Of a stretch of DNA of 64,000 nt, positions 56,893 through 64,000 are shown one piece after another. The stretch's first letter is position 1. Each line of letters starts with the position of its first letter. The stretch spans positions 310,001 to 374,000 of the forward strand of contig MCFH01000007.1 in the NCBI GenBank assembly GCA_002104945.1. The letters run 5' to 3'. Position numbers and translations under genes: made by a program. The notes under the pieces were generated by a model that saw only the letters and a program-made list of their open reading frames with translations, did not search any database and was not told the DNA's origin. The stretch is from Piromyces finnis finn (Eukaryota > Fungi > Neocallimastigomycota).

Positions 56893-57122
56893 TTTTCTTA
56901 CCAATGTTTCAGAAAAAACAATCCTCTTTCGCTGTTATGCACGGCGACCTTGAAAGAGGGTCGTTCAGTACCATAGTTCAAATATCAAATAGGTGACGTA
57001 GAAACTTCAAAGATCAAAATTTGATGTTAGAATAAACTGTGATGGCAATTATTATAACTTATGTTCAACCTATATATGTATTTAATAAAAAGAGATAAAA
57101 GCGATAAAAGCAACTTAATATA

Positions 57123-57243
57123 TGGACATCTATATAATAATTAAAAAAATTTTTTATCTCAATTTCTTTTTATTTCAAAGATGTATTTATTTAAATTTTA
57201 TTTACATAATATATAATAAAATATTAAATACATTTTTAATAAA
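57123..57243 (+). repeat. ~120-bp dispersed repeat, also at ~63283-63385 and ~63449-63580
   Basis: Shared core (G)ACATCTATATAAT..AAAATTTT..TTTCTTTTT..AAAGATGT.TT...TTAAAT..TTACATAA.ATATAAT. Confidence 0.7.
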
Positions 57244-57637
57244 TATTTTTGTTTTGTTATTATTATTTTATAAAATTAAAAAATATAATTATTGATAATT
57301 AACATAAGAATAAGAAAACGAATTAATTTTAAGAACTTCAAAATTAGTATGTATTTTTTAGTTATAATTTAATTTTTATTTAATTATAATTTTTTTTTAT
57401 TTTTTTTTTAAAAAAAAAAAAGTATGCAAGTGTATGAATTTTTCTTTTGATAAATTAACTTTTTTTCTTATATACTTATATAAAATAAAAAAAAGATTTC
57501 CTTAAAAAATTTACTACTTCTATTTTTTACTAGTTTATTCGCTAATGTATTTTTTTTAATTGTTTTTCGTTTTAATCTTTTTATTATTTATTTTTACTTT
57601 CTCTTTTTATTTCAAATTTATTTTATTTATTAATCAT

Positions 57638-60455
57638 TTAAAAAGAAACCTTGTTAATGAGACTCTTACTGTTGCGGAGTTCATCTAATTTTTGAATCAT
57701 TTCATCTAAAGGTCTAGTTTGACCCTTGTTCTTGGTTTCTGGATCATCTCTGACACGAACATTAACACTGTTTGAATTCTTTTCTTCATTACCGACGACA
57801 AAGATAAAGTTCCATTGAGAGATTTCAGCATTTCTAATCTTTTTGTTTAAGGTAAGATCTGAAGTATCAACTTCAGCTTCAAAACCTTGATCGTAGAGCT
57901 TATCTCTAACTTCTTGAGCATAATCGAAGACTGCCTTGTTAACTGGAATGACAATAATTTGACGTGGAGAAAGCCAGAATGGCCACTTACCACCAAAGTT
58001 TTCGGTTAAAATGGCAATAAAACGTTCAACACTACCAAGAATAGCACGGTGAATAATAACTGGTCTTTCAAATGGTGTTTCTGGATTATCAGTATGATAT
58101 TTAAGATTGAAACGTTCTGGTAATTGGAAGTCAAGTTGAATGGTAGCACATTGATGTTTACGACGAAGAGCATCGGAAATAGTAATATCGATCTTTGGAC
58201 CATAGAATGCACCATCTCCTGGGTTAACTTCCCATGGATAACCAAAACCATTAAGAGCATCGGCTAAAATTGATTCAGCCTTTTCCCAGGTGGAAATTTC
58301 ACCAAGATACTTATCTGGACGAGTAGAGAGCTTTAAGGAAAAAGTAAAGTCAAATAAAGCATAAGTATCCTTTAAGAACTTAAGACAACTATCCATTTCG
58401 GTCTTTAATTGATCCATTCTACAGAAGATGTGAGCATCATCTTGTTGGAATCTTCTGACACGAGTTAAACCGGTAAGAGCACCAGAATATTCGTTTCTGT
58501 GAAGAACACCGAAATCAGCTAAACGAACTGGAAGATCTCTGTAAGATCTTTCACGGTGAGCAAACATAAGACAGTGACCTGGACAGTTCATTGGCTTAAG
58601 AGCGTACTTATCCTTTTCAACTTCAAAAGAGAACATATTTTCTTCATAGTTAGCCCAGTGACCTGAAGTTTCCCATAATTTAATGTTATAAATATTTGGA
58701 GAAACAACTTCAGTGAAACCACGTTTTCTGTATTCTTCCTTTTGCATATTAACTAATTTATTGTAAATCTTAGTACCATGTGGAGTGAAGAAACAACTAC
58801 CTGGAGATAATTCATGGAAGAAGAATAAATCTTGAGTCTTATTATTTCATGAATATATAGAAAAGAAAATAAAAAATTAATTTATAGAGTCAACAATTAT
58901 TTAAAAATTATTATATATTTTTTTTCAATAATTTATATTTATTAGAGTTTTTCATATTTATTAAACTTACTAAACCAATACGTCTATGATCTCTCTTAGC
59001 AGCTTCTTCTAAGAAATGAATATGTTCTTTCATTTGCTTATTATCTGGGAAAGCTACACCATAAATACGTTGAAGAGAATCGTTTTTAGCATCACCAAGG
59101 AAGTAAGAAGCAGAGTTCTTCATAATTTTGAAAGCCTTAACTCTACCAAGATCTGGAAGATGTGGTCCTAAACATAAATCAACTAAAGTACCACATCTGT
59201 AAACAGTACTACAGGTACCATCTTCAACCTTAGAGTCAACAATTTGACTTTTGTATTTATTATCCTATTGATAAAATTTTTTTTATTTTTTTAATTTTTT
59301 AAATGTAAATATTATTAAGATATATAATATTGAATATTTATATATTTTTAAAAATTATTGAGAATATTAATATAAACTAATTTTAAAAATTATTTAATAA
59401 TATTTACCTTGAAAAGTTCTAATAATTGAGCTTTAGTAAGAACACAACGTTCAAATGGAATCTTTGCCTTAATAGCTTTGTTTGCCATTTGTTCTAAAGT
59501 CTTGTAATCAGCTTGAGTTACAGCCCTATAAAATTTATTTATATGTATTAATTAAAATTATTCTTCAATTCAATATAAAATAATGTTCACTTATATATTA
59601 AATAATTATTAAACTAAATAATTAATAATTACTTTTCGGTAGCCATTTCATAAAAGAAACCATCTTCAATTGGTGGACCAACACAGAGTTTAGATTGATA
59701 ATAAACTTCAGCAACCATACCTAATAAATGGGCAGAAGAGTGCCAAAATACTCTATGACCTTAATTTTAAATTTATTTGAAGATAATATTGAAAAAATAT
59801 ATATAGATTGTTAATATTTTTTAATATATTTATATCTTTATATTTAATTATTTAAAATTAATTGTTTAATAAGTAATATACCTTCTTCGTTGGTGAAATC
59901 AACTAATTCTAAGTTACAGGATTTTTCTAATGGTCTAGTAAGATCAACAACTTCACCATCAACCTAATAATTTTTAATTATAAATTTATAAATATTAACA
60001 TTATATTTAATATACTTTTTTAATCCAAATAATTGATAATTATTTAGATTTCTTTATATATTACCTTAGCAGCAGTAACTTTCTTGGCAAGAGAAGTACT
60101 AATTTTAGATGCAATGTCTAATGGGGTAGTTTCCCATGAAGTACCTTCCATTGTCTTACCATCTGGAAGAGTAATAGTGATATTTTCTCTTGGCTTTTCT
60201 TTATGTAAAATTAGTTAATAATTTATTAATTTTGAAGTTTTGAAATTAAAAAAAATAAAAATAAAAAATTAGTATCAATATTATATATAACAATTCTATT
60301 ATTAACTCATAATTATACGTATTATATATTCTTTAATATTTATTAATTTTTATCTAACTATAATATTTACTAGCAATTTCGGCATCGTATTCAGCCTTAA
60401 ATTTTTCAAATAAGGCTAATCTGTCCTTAATGTAAGTTGGAATTTCACCTTCCAT
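57638..60455 (-). CDS. THS1: Cytoplasmic threonyl-tRNA synthetase; 7 exons
   Basis: TGS domain ([17 protein letters not shown]), [108 protein letters not shown]. Confidence 0.97.
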
Positions 60456-60662
60456 TTTTTATATATATTTTTTTTAAATTGTATAAGTGAAGTATAAAAA
60501 AAAAAAAATTTTTTTTTTATATTATAAAAAAATATTTTAATTAATAAGTAGTATATAATTATATTATATATATTAATAAACTTTATTATTATTAAAATAT
60601 ATGATCTTTTAGAGTTATGTAATAATCATATTCCTATAATAATCAGAAAATAAAAAGATAGA

Positions 60663-60669
60663 TGATTGG
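60663..60669 (-). promoter_or_regulatory. Putative CCAAT box (ACCAATCA on minus strand)
   Basis: About 210 bp upstream of the ThrRS ATG. Confidence 0.33.
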
Positions 60670-61189
60670 TTTAAAATTTAAATAGAATAATAATTAATAG
60701 TGGTAAATTATATTATTAATATATTGTAATATATGATGAAAAACATTCAAAACGAGATTTACATTTATTTAATTATATTGTACTACATATAATGATATTA
60801 TTGATATTCATCAATTAATGTTTTGTAATTATTGTAATTGTAACGTATTATAATAAAAAAAAACAAATAATATTTTTTATGATTATGAAAATTAAAAACT
60901 GGTTTTAGTTTTACTTTTTTTTATATTTTTAAATAACAAAAAAAAGTTAATAACTTTTATAAAAAAGGGAAATTATAATAAAAATACTCATAAATATTAC
61001 TCAATAAATAAATTCTTTTTTAGTAGTATTTAATTCTAATATATATTTATTAAGTATATTTATGGATATCATGGTATTCTAATTACTTAAAAATTATATA
61101 TTAATAATTAAAGATAAAAAACATTTAAAATATGTATTTTATCCTTTTAATCATTATGATTATTAATACATCACATATCCTTTATAATT

Positions 61190-61474
<285 letters not shown>

Positions 61475-61884
61475 ATATGTATAGTTAAATAAAAATAAAA
61501 TATTTTATTTTTCAAAACAATTTTTTAAATATCTTTAATATATATTTATTAATTAAATTTTAAAAAAGGAAACAACGATAAGTAATAGTAACACAATATA
61601 AATTAAACTATCTATGGAAATATATTTAAAGTTTTAAAAATTTTTGTTATTAAAATATTATCATGAACATGAAATATTAAGATTTATATGTATTTTTCAT
61701 TTTCAATTTATATAATTTAATAATTAATATTTTAATATCGGTATTATGTATTATATATTCGTTTTATTATTTATTTTTTAATTATTCATATATAATAATA
61801 AGAATTATTTAATATTTATTATAATATAATAATCACATTTTCTTAAATATAAATATATGTTTCTTTTTAATTTTACTTATTTAT

Positions 61885-62190
61885 AACAATCTATACAAAA
61901 ATTATTTTGGAAAATTAAACTAGATTGTTTTATATAAACTGTTAAATTGTTAAAAAATACTTATGTTATAGTAGTTCTAAATCTTCTAAATCTTCCTATA
62001 GAATTCAAGAGTTTACTCATTTAATATTTCTTTTTAATTTTACTTATTTATAATAACCCATACAAAGTTATTTTGGAAAATTAAACTAGATTGTTTTATA
62101 TAAACGGCTAAATTGTTAAAAAAATATTTATATTATAATAGTTCTAAATCTTCTAAATCTTCCTATAGAATTCACGAGCTTACTCATTTT
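61885..62190. repeat. Two-unit tandem duplication, period ~167 bp
   Basis: TTATTTTGGAAAATTAAACTAGATTGTTTTATATAAAC...GTTCTAAATCTTCTAAATCTTCCTATAGAATTCA..AG.TTACTCATTT occurs twice. Confidence 0.85.
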
Positions 62191-62285
62191 ATCATAATTA
62201 TTAGGTTGTCTTTTTTTATCGAAGCCATAAACTATTTTTCAGGTGATTACTTTATATATTAATTAAAAAACAGTTTTCTATATTT

Positions 62286-62443
62286 ATAAAATAAAATAAA
62301 ATAAAATAAAATAAAATAAAATAAAATAAAATAAAATAAAATAAAATAAAATAAAATAAAATAAAATAAAATAAAATAAAATAAAATAAAATAAAATAAA
62401 ATAAAATAAAATAAAATAAAATAAAATAAAATAAAATAAAATA
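62286..62443. repeat. (TAAAA)n pentanucleotide microsatellite
   Basis: Directly visible. Confidence 0.95.
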
Positions 62444-63224
62444 GATATTTAACTTAATATTATATATATTAATTAAAATTCTTGATGAATAATCTTAACC
62501 CTATTTATATATCCTAAAATATTAGAAAAATTATTTTTTGTTTCTATTTAAATTAATAATTTATAAAGTATAAAATGTAATGTATATTATTATTAATAAA
62601 GTTTATAATTTTATTTATGAATAATTTTGGAAATAAATATTATTGTTTTTTAATTTTTTATTTTATAAATGAATTAATATTTAAATGAATTTATGTATGG
62701 AAGGAATATTGGAAGTATTACTTAATATTAATATATATTTTTTAAGCTAGTAATTATTTCAATTATTTACTTGAATATATAATGAAATTTAATTGATATA
62801 TTAGTAGAATTATCTAATTTACAAATTAAAAAAAAAAAGCTATTTTTCTATGAGGAAAGTATTTAGTTATGATAATCAATAATATATATATTATTTCTTT
62901 TTAAATAATTCTGTTAACTTTCATAAATGATTTCTTAATAAAAGATTTTATTAACTTTTTTCTAAAGAAGCATTCTTTAATATATATTTATTTAATATAT
63001 ACATCTTTTTATCATTATTATTATTATATGTATTTCTTTTAAAATGGTTTAAAATAAAAATAACCTTAAAAATCTTTATAATTAATAAAGTTTGTATAAT
63101 TATATATTTCATTATATTTTTCTTAATTTAATAAAGACGTATAAATATATAAGCTTCTTTTTTTTTTTTTTTAAAAAAAATAAATAAATAAAAACAACGT
63201 TATATATTTATATATTATGATTTG

Positions 63225-63580
63225 TATTAAAGTTATAAATATATTTTTAATATATTTTTATCCTTTTTTTTTTTTTTAACTAGTACATCTATATAATAAT
63301 TAAAAAATTTTAATTTCAATTTCTTTTTCTTTAAAGATGTATTCACTTAAATTTTTACTTACATAATATATAATATATAATAAATATTAATAAAGTTATA
63401 AATATACATTCAATATATTTTTATCCCTTCTATATTATTTGCTTTAAAGGACATCTATATAATATTTAGAAAATTTTGATCTTATTTTCTTTTTATTTCT
63501 TTAAAGATGTGTTCACTTAAATATTATTTACATAACATATAATAAAATATAAATAAAATATTAAATGTATTTTTAATATA
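63225..63580 (+). repeat. Two-unit tandem duplication (period ~165 bp) containing the dispersed repeat seen at 57123
   Basis: Units start TTATAAATATA..T..AATATATTTTTATCC and share ACATCTATATAAT and AAAGATGT.TTCACTTAAAT. Confidence 0.75.
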
Positions 63581-63694
63581 AATACTTTTATTTTAATATT
63601 ATTTTAAGATTTAATGAAACTTAAGAAAAAAAAAGTAACATTTATAAATATTAATTTCACTTACTAAATAAAGAAAAATAATAAAAATAATAAT

Positions 63695-64000
63695 ATGATA
63701 TTTAGAAGAAAAAAAAATATAATTCCTGTTCCTGAACAGCCTTCAGAAAGTCCATATACTGAAGCATCTTTTTTTTCGAAAATAACTTATTCTTGGGAAA
63801 ATAAGATATTTAAAGTTGGTTATAATAGACCTTTACAGCCTAATGATATTTATCTTTTACCATATCAATTTAAAGAAGAAAATAATGAAAAAAGATTCTA
63901 TCATTATTGGAATGAACAAAACAACTCACAGGTATCAAAGAGTATATTTAAATGTCTGTGGAAAATATATGGTAATAATTTTATAATTGCTGGTATTTTA
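63695..64000 (+). CDS. N-terminus of an ABCC/MRP-type ABC transporter (runs off the right edge)
   Basis: MIFRRKKNIIPVPEQPSESPYTEASFFSKITYSWENKIFKVGYNRPLQPNDIYLL...W...SIFKCLWKIYG..F..AGI, the typical L0 segment (P..AS.FS.IT.SW....G..RPL...D...L) preceding TMD1. Confidence 0.8.
   Translation, partial: MIFRRKKNIIPVPEQPSESPYTEASFFSKITYSWENKIFKVGYNRPLQPNDIYLLPYQFKEENNEKRFYHYWNEQNNSQVSKSIFKCLWKIYGNNFIIAGIL

Noticed and set aside
56915-56985. Hammerhead ribozyme, TPP riboswitch, group II intron domain V or tRNA B-box (CTGAACGA..CGAAA, CAGCGAAAG, GTTCAAAT)
   Set aside because: Core spacing and stems do not fit any of these: no CUGANGA-stem-GAAA, no CUGAGA/AUACC, no T-stem.
54160-57022. 15-bp direct repeat CAAAGATCAAAATTT (54160-54174 and 57008-57022) as the LINE TSD
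   Set aside because: It would exclude the 3' UTR and poly(A). The 13-bp repeat abutting the poly(A) and the truncation point fits TPRT far better.

Overview
Extremely AT-rich (roughly 15-20% GC by eye), intron-rich eukaryotic DNA. It is most likely from an anaerobic gut fungus (Neocallimastigomycota); this is an inference from composition, long (TAT)n tracts, a CotH kinase, a secreted LRR gene and the flagellar gene KIFAP3. The window holds about 14 protein genes, most reconstructed exon by exon from splice sites: KIFAP3 (cut by the left edge), a cyclophilin, TatD, CotH, Ric8, a DRS2-like flippase, eIF4G, a TPR-like protein, a secreted LRR protein, an RNF5-like RING ligase, a membrane-anchored RlpA/loosenin-like protein, a large Tmc-like membrane protein, threonyl-tRNA synthetase and the start of an ABCC transporter. 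The most notable observations are: (1) an AT-AC minor-spliceosome (U12-type) intron in Ric8; (2) an 837-bp non-coding TRIM-like copia LTR element with 217-bp LTRs, a Ty5-type PBS, a PPT and a 5-bp TSD; (3) a young 5'-truncated LINE with a 40-nt poly(A) and a 13-bp TSD, inserted into a GC-rich hairpin-forming element; (4) a second LINE family whose structured 3' tail recurs three times, once on an apparently non-autonomous ~1-kb element; (5) an LRR gene whose 14 introns are all phase 2, one per repeat. No database searches were possible, so family names rest on recognised motifs.
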